Both the position numbers and the translations under genes were made by a program. DNA of 64,000 bases from assembly GCA_001800315.1 (NCBI GenBank), contig MGVE01000001.1, positions 121,749 to 185,748 on the forward strand, given 5' to 3'. Under the pieces are notes generated by a model. The model saw only the letters and a list, made by a program, of their open reading frames with translations, ran no database searches and was not told where the DNA came from. This DNA comes from Elusimicrobia bacterium RIFOXYA2_FULL_47_53 (GTDB lineage: Bacteria; Elusimicrobiota; Endomicrobiia; Endomicrobiales; XYA2-FULL-47-53). This document shows positions 39,073 to 47,974 of this stretch, piece after piece. Position 1 is the first letter of the stretch; each line of letters starts with the position of its first letter.

Positions 39073-39762
39073 CTACTTTATTTTGATAATGCTGATTTCT
39101 ATTCTTCTGTTTATCATTCTGTTTTCCGGATTGTCATTGGGCGCCTTGGGCCTGAACTCGCCATAGCCAAGGGCCGAAATCCTTTTTGGCTCAATACCCT
39201 CTTTGTCTATCAGGTATTGTATGACGCTAAAGGCCCGGGCGGCCGAAAGTTCCCAATTTGAGGCGTATTCGCCCCCGGCAGTTATCGCGATGTTGTCCGT
39301 ATGCCCTTCAACAACAACTCTGTTTGTGGTATTTTTTATAAGGTTTGAAATTTCGCTCAGCGTTTTTATGGTCGCGGCCTTAAGCTCGGCGCTGCCGGAA
39401 TCAAAGAGAACGGGGCTTGGCAGGACTATTTTTATTTTTTCTTCGTTTATTTCAACATTGGCGAACTGCTGTTTTGCTTTTTTCTCCAGGTCTTCCTGTT
39501 CTTCCATCTGAGTCTGCCGCTTCTTTTCCAGGCCCTTTTCAGTTTCCATTACCTCGTTTTTCTGTCCGCCGAAAGTTTCGGCGAATGAAGAGGCCGCCAG
39601 CTGCCTGTCGCTTTCATCCAGCCAGGTCAGGCAATAGGACATAAGGAAAAATATCATGAGATTGGTGATCATATCGGTGTATATGATCATCCAAAGCGGC
39701 GCTTTCAGGTCAGAATCCACGCCTCTGACATTGTCGTAGTTAGGCGAAAACGGGTCTGACAT
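39073..39762 (-). CDS. motB: MotB/PomB-like stator subunit 1
   Basis: WMIIYTDMIT TM with conserved Asp; VEGHTD, NWELSAARA, GYGEFRP, NRRIEI. Confidence 0.9.
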   Translation of the reverse strand: MSDPFSPNYDNVRGVDSDLKAPLWMIIYTDMITNLMIFFLMSYCLTWLDESDRQLAASSFAETFGGQKNEVMETEKGLEKKRQTQMEEQEDLEKKAKQQFANVEINEEKIKIVLPSPVLFDSGSAELKAATIKTLSEISNLIKNTTNRVVVEGHTDNIAITAGGEYASNWELSAARAFSVIQYLIDKEGIEPKRISALGYGEFRPKAPNDNPENRMINRRIEISIIKIK

Positions 39763-39765
39763 TAA

Positions 39766-40542
39766 TTACTCCCGGACGGGTTTTTTGCTGCGCAGCTTCG
39801 CGGCCATGAAAGCCTGAAGTTTCCTGTTTAAAATAATAGGTATGTCGCCTTTCTGAATGGAAAGAATTCCTTCTATCATAACTTCTTTAATCAGGAGTTC
39901 TTCCTCGGTGTGGGCGTCCAGTTTGTTCGCCATGGGAAGGAAAAGAAAGTTCGCGGCGGAGATGCCGTAAAATGTTCCGGTAACGGCGATCGCCATTGAG
40001 TGGCCGAGGTTTTTCGGGTCGCTTATGCTTTTAAGCACCTGCACAACGCCGAGCAGTGTCGCCAGAAGGCCGAAGATCGGAGAGAAAGTTCCCAGCGAGC
40101 GGATAACATTGCTTACCTGGTGATGGCGTTTCCTGATAAAGGTGATTTCTTTTAAAAGATTCTCGCGCACCATCTGAGGCTCAAGGCCGTCAATGAGCAT
40201 TAAAATTCCGTCGGCAAGAAATCTGTCCTTTACCCTGCCTACATCTTCCTGCAGGGAGTATATGCCTTCTCTTTTGGCTTTTTCAGAAAAATTTACCAGA
40301 GACGAGATAACATCATTTGGTTTAAGAGTTTTTCTGGCAAGGAATACATTAAGAAGCGCTCCGGGCAGCCTGAGCACAACTTCCATAGGGGTTGAGATAA
40401 GCATAGAGGCGAAAGTCCCGCCGAAAACCAGCACAAACGCGTCCCTGTGCCAGAGCAGATGAGATGTTCCGCCCCAGTACATTACGATGTAAACAGCTCC
40501 GAAACCAAGGCCTAATCCAAGCAGTGTCATGAAATCAAGCAT
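39766..40542 (-). CDS. motA: MotA/PomA-like stator subunit
   Basis: VFGGT, AKREG..SL, P.FG...T..G, GTFYG..ANF.F.P, EGILSIQ.G..P. Confidence 0.92.
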   Translation of the reverse strand: MLDFMTLLGLGLGFGAVYIVMYWGGTSHLLWHRDAFVLVFGGTFASMLISTPMEVVLRLPGALLNVFLARKTLKPNDVISSLVNFSEKAKREGIYSLQEDVGRVKDRFLADGILMLIDGLEPQMVRENLLKEITFIRKRHHQVSNVIRSLGTFSPIFGLLATLLGVVQVLKSISDPKNLGHSMAIAVTGTFYGISAANFLFLPMANKLDAHTEEELLIKEVMIEGILSIQKGDIPIILNRKLQAFMAAKLRSKKPVRE

Positions 40543-40633
40543 TATTTCTTCTCCCTGAGTGAAGTATAATATTTAAAATACATTTAAAATATAGCATATT
40601 TTTCCGCGATTCAAAAGGGTTTTGTGTTTTTGC

Positions 40634-41737
40634 TCAGGCCTGTTTGATTACCCTCTTCAAAGGAAGGCCGTGTTTTAAGGCTTTTCTTTTTGCCTCTTCA
40701 AATTCTATCCTGATTTTTTTAGTTCCGCCGGGCATAAATATCGTTTTACGCGAGCCGTCAGTGGATCTGTTGAGCAGGTATCTTTTGGCCGGGAGGGATC
40801 TTACCCCGATTGTGGTTGTTTCGTCAAAAAGTATTGAGGCCATTTTTGCCTCGTCTTTTGTATCGCAGAGCACGCCTATCTTGGTGCCGGGCCTGCCTTT
40901 TTTCATCATAATCTGCTCAAGCCATACATCCTTGGCTCCGGCTTTAAGCAGTTGCTCGGAAACATAGGGATAGATTCTTGGGTCCATGTCGTCAATGTTG
41001 GTTTCAAGCACCGCGATCTCTTCCTGCCTGAAATCGTATTTATCCCCCGCGGCGCCGGGCTCGCCTACCAGGATATTTAAAACATTGGGTTTGCCGTCTA
41101 TGTCATTTTCTCCGGCTCCAAAACCGGATTTCGTCACGATTAACGAAGGCATGGCGCCGAAATTCAAACAGAGGCTTCCTATCAGGGCCATCCCCGTCGG
41201 CGTAGCGAGCTCATGGTTTGAATCATCGGAGAAAACCGGCACCTTCATCGCTTTCGCGAGTTCAATAGCCGCGGGAGCCGGCCTGCCGAGATTAACTTCG
41301 GAGGCGAATAACCGCTTTATACCGAGAAGCTGCAAAGCAAGGCAGACACCGGAAATATCCACCAGGGTGTCAATATCCGCGAGCTGATGAAAATGAGTGC
41401 CGTCTACGGGCCTTCTGTGCACGGAAGCCTCGGCGGCGGCAAGCGAACGCATGGCCGCAAGCGCGTTTGACTTGACTTCACCGGGCAGCGAGGACCTGTT
41501 CAGGGCGCTGATAAGCTTCAGCGGAGTATCAAACTTTATGTTTCCCTCCACTCGCAGAGTTTTGGCCGGGAAGTGATACCTGTTTGTAGTTCTTACAGTC
41601 AGCCTAAAATCACCTATGTTTAAGCGCTTTTTAAGAGTCCCGGCAAAAGCCGAAGGATTTAAGCCGGCATCTATTAGCGCGGAGAGCAGCATATCGCCTG
41701 ATACGCCCCGCGAACAGTTTATGTAGGCTATGCTCAT
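40634..41737 (-). CDS. larC: LarC-family nickel-pincer cofactor biosynthesis protein (divergent)
   Basis: G.SGDM, AEA.VH, HFH, PAPA, EL.TPTG, ETNIDD, MKKGRP, ETTTIGVR. Confidence 0.85.
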   Translation of the reverse strand: MSIAYINCSRGVSGDMLLSALIDAGLNPSAFAGTLKKRLNIGDFRLTVRTTNRYHFPAKTLRVEGNIKFDTPLKLISALNRSSLPGEVKSNALAAMRSLAAAEASVHRRPVDGTHFHQLADIDTLVDISGVCLALQLLGIKRLFASEVNLGRPAPAAIELAKAMKVPVFSDDSNHELATPTGMALIGSLCLNFGAMPSLIVTKSGFGAGENDIDGKPNVLNILVGEPGAAGDKYDFRQEEIAVLETNIDDMDPRIYPYVSEQLLKAGAKDVWLEQIMMKKGRPGTKIGVLCDTKDEAKMASILFDETTTIGVRSLPAKRYLLNRSTDGSRKTIFMPGGTKKIRIEFEEAKRKALKHGLPLKRVIKQA

Positions 41738-42390
41738 TTCTTTCCTCCGCCGTTTATCAGCCCGGCTATAACACCGGCCCCAAAACCGTCGTCAATATTT
41801 ACCACGCTCACATTTGCCGCGCAGGAATTTAACATGCTCATTAAAGCCGAGACACCGCCGAAAGATACTCCGTATCCCACGGAGGTAGGAACGCCTATAA
41901 CCGGACAGGCGACCAAACCGCCCACCACGCTGGCCAGAGCGCCCTCCATGCCAGCGCAGACGACGGCACAAGAGGCGTTTTTTAAAAGCTTATCGTATTT
42001 AAAAAGCCTGTGTATTCCGGCAACACCGACATCGTAAACTCTTTCAACTCTATTTCCCAGAATCTCCGCTGTAACCGCGGCTTCTTCCGCCACCCTAATG
42101 TCGGAAGTTCCAGCAGTAACCACGCAGATATACCCGCCTGGCCTGCCGATTTTATGCTTTCTGTTGAAAAGTATTATCCCCGCGCTTTCATAGTATTTGG
42201 AACCCCGAAAAGAGCGGCGAATCTTTTGGTAAAGATCCGGCTGAACTCTTGTGGCTATGACAGGGCCGCCGCCATTGACAAGTTCCCTGGCTATAGAAAT
42301 TATCTGCTTTACCGTCTTTCCGGGAGCATAGATAGCCTCGGGAAAGTTCTGCCGCAGGTACCTGTGCCCGTCAGCGTGAAAATGTTTCAT
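41734..42390 (-). CDS. larB: Nickel-pincer cofactor biosynthesis protein LarB
   Basis: PE.I...KT, AGTSD..VAEEA, DVGVAGIHR, AGMEGAL, PTSVGYG, ML.SC, VVNID.GFG. Confidence 0.92.
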   Translation of the reverse strand: MKHFHADGHRYLRQNFPEAIYAPGKTVKQIISIARELVNGGGPVIATRVQPDLYQKIRRSFRGSKYYESAGIILFNRKHKIGRPGGYICVVTAGTSDIRVAEEAAVTAEILGNRVERVYDVGVAGIHRLFKYDKLLKNASCAVVCAGMEGALASVVGGLVACPVIGVPTSVGYGVSFGGVSALMSMLNSCAANVSVVNIDDGFGAGVIAGLINGGGKK

Positions 42391-43409
42391 ATTTTTCCCT
42401 CAAAGTACGGGGCATGCCATACCTTATTGAGAAGCTCGGTCAATTCCGCGAGGTTTTGCGCCTTATTGAACTTGTTCCTGATGGCTGAGGCGTTCGGAAG
42501 CCCTTTGAGGTAATAGGCGGCAATTTTTCTAAGCAGAATGACTCCTTTTTTCTCTCCGTAATAGGCGCTGGCGATAAGCGCGTGTTTCTTTAAATACCTT
42601 AGCCTGTCTTCCCATGAGGGGTGAGGCAGAATGTTTCCGGAGTTAATATAGTATTCTATTCGCTTGAATATATCAAAGTTGCCTATCGCGGCTCTTCCGA
42701 TCATAATGCCGGCACAGCCTGTTTTTTCAACAAAGTTCACCGCGGACAATTCGTCTACTATCCCGCCGTTGCCTATCACGGGTATTTTTGAGGTTTCAAC
42801 CACGGCGCGAATGGCGTCAAGGTCCGGGCTTCCGCTGTGTACAGCCTCAGCGGTCCTGCCGTGTACTGTTATGGCGCTTACTCCGGCCTCGCGGGCTATT
42901 TTCGCGAGCCTTGAAGCCGTATTTTCGCCTCCGTTTGATCCGATCCGGACTTTTATAGTTACGGGAACCTTCACGGCGGAAACAGTTTTCTCCATTACCC
43001 TGATTAAATGCGCCTCGTTCTCTATAAGTTTTACCCCCGCCCCTGAACGCACGATCTTTCTTACCGGGCAGCCAAGGTTAATGTCAATAATATCGGCTCC
43101 GGCCCCTTCTGAAATTCTTGCGGCTTCCGCAATAACTTCAGGCTTCGCGCCGAATAGCTGAACTCCGGCGGGATATTCGGATTTTGAAATTCTCAGCATT
43201 TTTGAGGTCCGCTCGTCTTTATGCACAAGCGCGTTGGCCGAGATCATTTCCGTAAACACAAGGCCGGCCCCGCCTTCCTTGGCAAGAGACCTGAACGGAA
43301 GGTCCGTTATCCCCGCCATCGGGGCCATAACCATGTTTCTTTTTATGTATACTCCGCCAATAAAAAGAGGCGTGGAGAATATTTTTTCCTGTTTTCGCAA
43401 AGCCGTCAT
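42387..43409 (-). CDS. dusB: tRNA-dihydrouridine synthase
   Basis: APMAGITD.PFR, QLFG, DINLGCP, HGRT, GNG.I, MIGR; ATG at 43409 overlaps the tsaD stop (TAATG). Confidence 0.93.
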   Translation of the reverse strand: MTALRKQEKIFSTPLFIGGVYIKRNMVMAPMAGITDLPFRSLAKEGGAGLVFTEMISANALVHKDERTSKMLRISKSEYPAGVQLFGAKPEVIAEAARISEGAGADIIDINLGCPVRKIVRSGAGVKLIENEAHLIRVMEKTVSAVKVPVTIKVRIGSNGGENTASRLAKIAREAGVSAITVHGRTAEAVHSGSPDLDAIRAVVETSKIPVIGNGGIVDELSAVNFVEKTGCAGIMIGRAAIGNFDIFKRIEYYINSGNILPHPSWEDRLRYLKKHALIASAYYGEKKGVILLRKIAAYYLKGLPNASAIRNKFNKAQNLAELTELLNKVWHAPYFEGKI

Positions 43410-44452
43410 TAATATTTCCAATCCGAAAGAATCAGGCCGGGATCACTTGCGAGGGTATCCGCTCCGGCATAAGCCTTATCACCGGTATTCTTTAATTTCA
43501 GATAGCCGGCGTAGGCTATCATAGCGGCGTTATCGGTGCACAAAAGTGTGCCCGGCATAAAAACCCTGAAAGCGTTGGCTTTTGAGGCGCTCGTGAACGC
43601 TCTTCTTAAAGCTGAGTTAGAGCTGACGCCGCCGCCTAAAGCCAGCCGCGAAATCCCGAATTGCTTCATGGCTGTTACGGCTTTGGATACAAGAGTGTCA
43701 ACAACGGAGTTTTGAAAAGCTGAGGCCACCGCTGTTTTGTTTTTTAAGGAATTTTGATAGGAACCGCTCTTTGAGTTTAAGTGGTTAACAACCGCGGTTT
43801 TAAGCCCCGAAAACGAAAAGTCCCAGGTGCCTTTTAAATAAGGGCGTGGAAAATTAATTAAGTCTCTTACGGCGTTTTTTGAGAGCCTGTCAATAACAGG
43901 CCCGCCCGGATACCCCAGGGAAAGCAGTTTGGCAACCTTATCGTAGGCTTCGCCGGCAGCGTCATCCCTTGTGCCGCCAAGAATCTCGTATTTTCCCGGG
44001 GCGCGAACGATTATCAGTTCGGTGTGCCCGCCTGATACGACAAGCGCCATAAACGGCGGTTTTAAATCCTTATTCTCTATCATAGCCGAATATATGTGCC
44101 CTTCAAGGTGATTGACCTGAATAAGCGGCAGGTTGTTAATGTATGAAAGTGTTCTGGCGCAAACAGCCCCTACAAGCAGAGAACCGGCGAGGCCGGGGCC
44201 CGCCGTGTAGGCGATGGCCGAGACCCTGTCCATGCCCAGGCCCGAACTCTTCAGCGCCCGAGAGACAACCGTGTTGACGCTTTCCAGATGGGCCCTGCTG
44301 GCCAGTTCGGGAACCACACCGGAATATTTTCTGTGTATGCCGATCTGTGACAGGATAACATTTGAAAGCACCCTGCCGTCAATTAACAGTGAAGCGGATG
44401 TTTCATCGCAGGAGGTTTCAATCCCGAGTATTATAATGTTATTTTTTTTCAT
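43409..44452 (-). CDS. tsaD: tRNA N6-adenosine threonylcarbamoyltransferase
   Basis: GIETSCDET, GVVPELASRAH, HLEGH, SGGHT, DDAAGEAYDK, FSFSGLKT, TDNAAMI. Confidence 0.97.
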   Translation of the reverse strand: MKKNNIIILGIETSCDETSASLLIDGRVLSNVILSQIGIHRKYSGVVPELASRAHLESVNTVVSRALKSSGLGMDRVSAIAYTAGPGLAGSLLVGAVCARTLSYINNLPLIQVNHLEGHIYSAMIENKDLKPPFMALVVSGGHTELIIVRAPGKYEILGGTRDDAAGEAYDKVAKLLSLGYPGGPVIDRLSKNAVRDLINFPRPYLKGTWDFSFSGLKTAVVNHLNSKSGSYQNSLKNKTAVASAFQNSVVDTLVSKAVTAMKQFGISRLALGGGVSSNSALRRAFTSASKANAFRVFMPGTLLCTDNAAMIAYAGYLKLKNTGDKAYAGADTLASDPGLILSDWKY

Positions 44453-45548
44453 ATAGATCCGAAAGATATATGAATTCAGCCCCGGATTGCCTGACTTTTG
44501 GAATGTACTTTGATAGTGAGCCGAGCAGATATTTTTTCTGAATGTGGCCTATGGCGATGACCGTATCATGTTTTTTGAGCCTGTTTAAAAGAATATCAAG
44601 CTGTCTGTCTATTGAGGCGGTATCGTCCGAATTGTCCAGAAAAAGGCCGTTCTCAATCAAAAGCATGCCTTCAGCCTTTGCCGCGGCCGCGGCTTTTGAT
44701 TTAGTCGTGGTGTAAGAGTCAAAAAAGAAAAGGCCGTGTTTTTTTACAAGCGAAAGCAGGTATTTCATTTTTTCATAATCGGCAGTAAACCTGGACCCCA
44801 TATGATTGGAAACTCCGGCGGCTCCCGGCACAGTTTTGAGGTTTGATTCAAAGATACTTTTAATTTCGGCATCGCTCATTGTTGAAAGAATCGCGGCTTT
44901 CCCCGGGTTAACCTTCGGGTAAGCCTCCGGTTCAAGAGGAAGATGCATAATAAACGGAATCCCTTTTTTGGCAAGCTCTTTTGCTATGGAAACCGAAAAT
45001 CTTTCCTTCGGCAGAACGGCGAAGGTCACCGGTATGCCGAGTTCGGAAAATCCGTTTAAGCCTTTATAATACCCCACATCGTCTATTACAAGGACGACGC
45101 GTTTCTTATTGGAAACGGAAGAGACCGGCGGTAACAGAACTATCCTTGAGAGAATTTTCCCCTCGGCGGAGGCCTCAATGGAAATAGAATTGTCGGCAAG
45201 TTTGCTCTTTTTCAGGGTTAGTTTATATCTTTCCGCTAATTCACCGACCCTGCTGATGAAGGCGTCAAGATCAAACCCTTTTCTAATCCTTATCTTTTTG
45301 TAATTCTCAATCCACAAGGAGCCCGCGGACCTCTTTTCTTCCCTGGATTGGGAAATAATGTCGGAGTCCGAGATTTTTAATGAAAATAAAATATCGGTTA
45401 TTCCGGCGTCAACTCTCGCGGATTGAAGAGTCAGGTCGCTTCCGGAGTACCTGAAAAATACCCAGGAGAGCGCTCCGAAAAGCATCAGAAGAGCTATAAA
45501 TACGGCTTTAATCGGTCCGGAGTTCCCGGGCTTCTTATTTTTATCCAT
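44439..45548 (-). CDS. Divergent polysaccharide deacetylase family protein (YibQ-like)
   Basis: N-terminal TM; IDDVG, HLPLEP, NHMGS, F.DS.T, FLD, AIGH; follows ctpA. Confidence 0.9.
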   Translation of the reverse strand: MDKNKKPGNSGPIKAVFIALLMLFGALSWVFFRYSGSDLTLQSARVDAGITDILFSLKISDSDIISQSREEKRSAGSLWIENYKKIRIRKGFDLDAFISRVGELAERYKLTLKKSKLADNSISIEASAEGKILSRIVLLPPVSSVSNKKRVVLVIDDVGYYKGLNGFSELGIPVTFAVLPKERFSVSIAKELAKKGIPFIMHLPLEPEAYPKVNPGKAAILSTMSDAEIKSIFESNLKTVPGAAGVSNHMGSRFTADYEKMKYLLSLVKKHGLFFFDSYTTTKSKAAAAAKAEGMLLIENGLFLDNSDDTASIDRQLDILLNRLKKHDTVIAIGHIQKKYLLGSLSKYIPKVRQSGAEFIYLSDLYEKK

Positions 45549-45557
45549 TATTTTATG

Positions 45558-46820
45558 TTATTTCTTGTTTATGAATATTTCCCTGATCTTCAGGTATTCA
45601 ACAGCTCTTTTAAGCGCTTCGTCTTCAACTCTTTCCTGTTTCTTAAGAGCCGGTTCCGGTGTCTTGCCGGGCGCGAAGATTTCCTCGGACTGGGCGTAGA
45701 GTTTTGCCTCAACTTCACGGGGCACCTCTATGATAACATCGGGCATTATTCCTCCGGCTCCGGTATCTTCGTTGCGGTGTATGCTTCTGCCGGAAGGTGT
45801 ATAGTACTTGGCGGTCGTAAGCCTCAGCGCGTTTCCTTCCGTCAGAGGGAAGACGGACTGAACGCTTCCTTTCCCGAAGGTGGTCGTTCCCACTATCAGG
45901 GCTCTTTTTAAATCCTGCATAGCGCCCGCGACGATTTCGGAACCCGAAGCCGACCCTCTGTTTACCAGCAGAACTATGGGCAGGTCCTCGTATGGCGCCT
46001 TGTCATAGGCGTTATAGTCCTTTCTTGTTTCCTTATGCCTGCCCTGGGTGAAAACTATTACTTTGTTTCCTCCGATAAATTCCCTGCAGACATTGACAGC
46101 GGTATCCAAAAGCCCTCCGGGGTTGTTCCTTAAATCAAACACAAGAGATTTCATGCCTTTTTTGGAAAGCTCGCTGAGCGCCTTATCAAGGTCTTTGTCG
46201 GAACTGGCGTTAAACTCTGTAAGCTGAATGTAGCCCACATCTCCATTCAGCATCTTGCTTCTGATGGTTTCTATCTTAATTATCTCTCTGGTAATAGTGA
46301 AATCAATCAGTTCCTTTGCTCCCTCGCGGGCGATGGTAATGGAAACCTTTGTGCCGGGCGTGCCGCGCAGTTTCTTTACGGCATCTTCTATGGATATTCC
46401 CTCAGTGGATTTCCCCTCAATCTTTACAATTCTGTCGTCGGGCAGAATGCCAATTCTGTAAGCCGGCGTGCCGAGCAGAGGCGTAATAACGGTGAGCCAG
46501 TTATTTTTAAGCGAAATTCTGATTCCGAGGCCGCCAAACTGGCCCTCGGTCTCGGTTTTCATTTCTTTATAGGCTTCGGGTTCCATAAACTGGGAGAAAG
46601 GGTCAAGAACTCTTACCATGCCGTTAATGGCGCCTGTAAGAAGTTTCTTCGGTTCTCTTTCCTCTACATAATTCTCCTGAATTATGCCCATGATATCCAC
46701 AAGAAGCCTTATCTGTTCATAGGTTGTATTAACATTCACTTTTACCTGCGGTATGGCCGTATAAGTAAGCGTTCCGATTAATACAAAAGCCGCCAGCAGG
46801 GACAACAGTTTTCTTCTCAT
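45558..46820 (-). CDS. ctpA: C-terminal processing peptidase, S41 family
   Basis: LDP.S, GLGI PDZ, DLRNNPGG, SASGSEI, TFGKGSVQ, YYTPSG. Confidence 0.94.
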   Translation of the reverse strand: MRRKLLSLLAAFVLIGTLTYTAIPQVKVNVNTTYEQIRLLVDIMGIIQENYVEEREPKKLLTGAINGMVRVLDPFSQFMEPEAYKEMKTETEGQFGGLGIRISLKNNWLTVITPLLGTPAYRIGILPDDRIVKIEGKSTEGISIEDAVKKLRGTPGTKVSITIAREGAKELIDFTITREIIKIETIRSKMLNGDVGYIQLTEFNASSDKDLDKALSELSKKGMKSLVFDLRNNPGGLLDTAVNVCREFIGGNKVIVFTQGRHKETRKDYNAYDKAPYEDLPIVLLVNRGSASGSEIVAGAMQDLKRALIVGTTTFGKGSVQSVFPLTEGNALRLTTAKYYTPSGRSIHRNEDTGAGGIMPDVIIEVPREVEAKLYAQSEEIFAPGKTPEPALKKQERVEDEALKRAVEYLKIREIFINKK

Positions 46821-46840
46821 CTAAACCTCCGTTAAGTAAT

Positions 46841-47971
46841 TTATCTCAACCAAAGCAATGGGTTTTCCGGTTTGCCGCCTGATCTAACCTCAAAATACAG
46901 ATCAGGGTCTCCTGTTCCAGCAATCTTTCCTATGACCGTGTCTTCTCTGACTTTTTGTTTTTCTTCAACGGCTATCTCGCCCAACAGGCCGTAAATCGTG
47001 TAAAATCCGCCGCCGTGGTCAACAATTATCATAAGGCCGTAAGCGCGGAACTCGCCGCTGAATATTACCTCTCCTCTGCTTACGGGTTTTACGGCATTAT
47101 TCCGCACAGACCTGATTTTAATGCCGTTGCTTATAATGAAGGTGTCAAGTTCAGGGTGCTTGTTCTTTCCGAAGGCCGTTATTACTTTGCCTTCAACGGG
47201 CCAGGGAAGCTTATTTTTCTTTTCGGCAAAACTCTTTCTTGCAAGAGCGTCCTGTTCCGTCTGCTTCTTTTTCTTTACCAGCTCAAAGATAACATCTTCA
47301 AGCGCCCTGGCCGATTCAACCAGGCCTTTTATCTCGTTCTCCGCCACAATGCGTTTTCCAACGGTAGTCCCTAACAATTTCTGTTTTTGCGCCTTTATCA
47401 GCTCATTTTCCTTAAAGGAGTTCTCCTGCTGAGCTTTAAGTCCCATCAATTCCGTCTTGTAGCGGCGCCAATTCCCCAATGAAACCTTTGAGTTCTCTTC
47501 CTTAATCCTGGCGCCGTCAATATAAGACTTCTTCTGTCTTATCGCCTCAAGACTCTGTACATCAAGCGGAATATCATTTAAAAAAGAGTGATACGCCTTG
47601 TGCGCCCGGAACCAAAGACGGGATTCCGCGGCATAGAGTTCTATCCACTGATTTTTTTCCAAATTGGCGGCCTTAAGTTCATTGTCCGCCTTAGTGAGAT
47701 TTTTCTCGGTTGCCAATATTTTTTTTCGGATAACTTCTCTCTGTTTCTGCAGGCGCGCGAGTTCTTTTTCTATCTTTGACAGTTCGGCTTTAATTTTCTT
47801 CTCGTCCTGCGCTATGCGCTCTTTTTCGGCTTTTTTGTCATCAATAGTTTTTTTCAGCTGCTTGAGGCTTTGATTTTCTTTTTCAATTTCTTTTTGATAC
47901 TGTCTGGCGCTTTTCGCGTAAGCGCCGGAGGCGGAAAGCAGAATAATCAGAACTAACAGAAGGCGCCTCAT
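46841..47971 (-). CDS. envC: EnvC-like coiled-coil + degenerate M23 amidase activator
   Basis: Signal peptide, long coiled coil, LPWPV.G, YG..I..DHG, LYFEVR; Zn ligands replaced (NGIKI, DLY). Confidence 0.85.
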   Translation of the reverse strand: MRRLLLVLIILLSASGAYAKSARQYQKEIEKENQSLKQLKKTIDDKKAEKERIAQDEKKIKAELSKIEKELARLQKQREVIRKKILATEKNLTKADNELKAANLEKNQWIELYAAESRLWFRAHKAYHSFLNDIPLDVQSLEAIRQKKSYIDGARIKEENSKVSLGNWRRYKTELMGLKAQQENSFKENELIKAQKQKLLGTTVGKRIVAENEIKGLVESARALEDVIFELVKKKKQTEQDALARKSFAEKKNKLPWPVEGKVITAFGKNKHPELDTFIISNGIKIRSVRNNAVKPVSRGEVIFSGEFRAYGLMIIVDHGGGFYTIYGLLGEIAVEEKQKVREDTVIGKIAGTGDPDLYFEVRSGGKPENPLLWLR

Positions 47972-47974
47972 TTT

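Noticed and set aside
36539-40542. Calling the motA-motB-motB operon a Zorya defence system
   Set aside because: MotA is normal length with no fused tail, and no ZorC/ZorD/ZorE-like gene is adjacent. Kept only as an analogy.
38348-40542. ExbBD/TolQR assignment
   Set aside because: Both small subunits carry OmpA-like PG-binding domains and the W...Y.D motif typical of MotB.
40585-40616. Promoter for the motA operon (TGcTATATT)
   Set aside because: Plausible extended -10, but the -35 spacing is poor in an AT-rich gap; too weak to list.
40634-41737. Programmed frameshift or split larC as in Lactobacillus
   Set aside because: Both LarC halves are in one continuous frame.
46841-47200. Active M23 endopeptidase
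   Set aside because: The zinc-ligand motifs HxxxD and HxH are replaced, as expected for EnvC.
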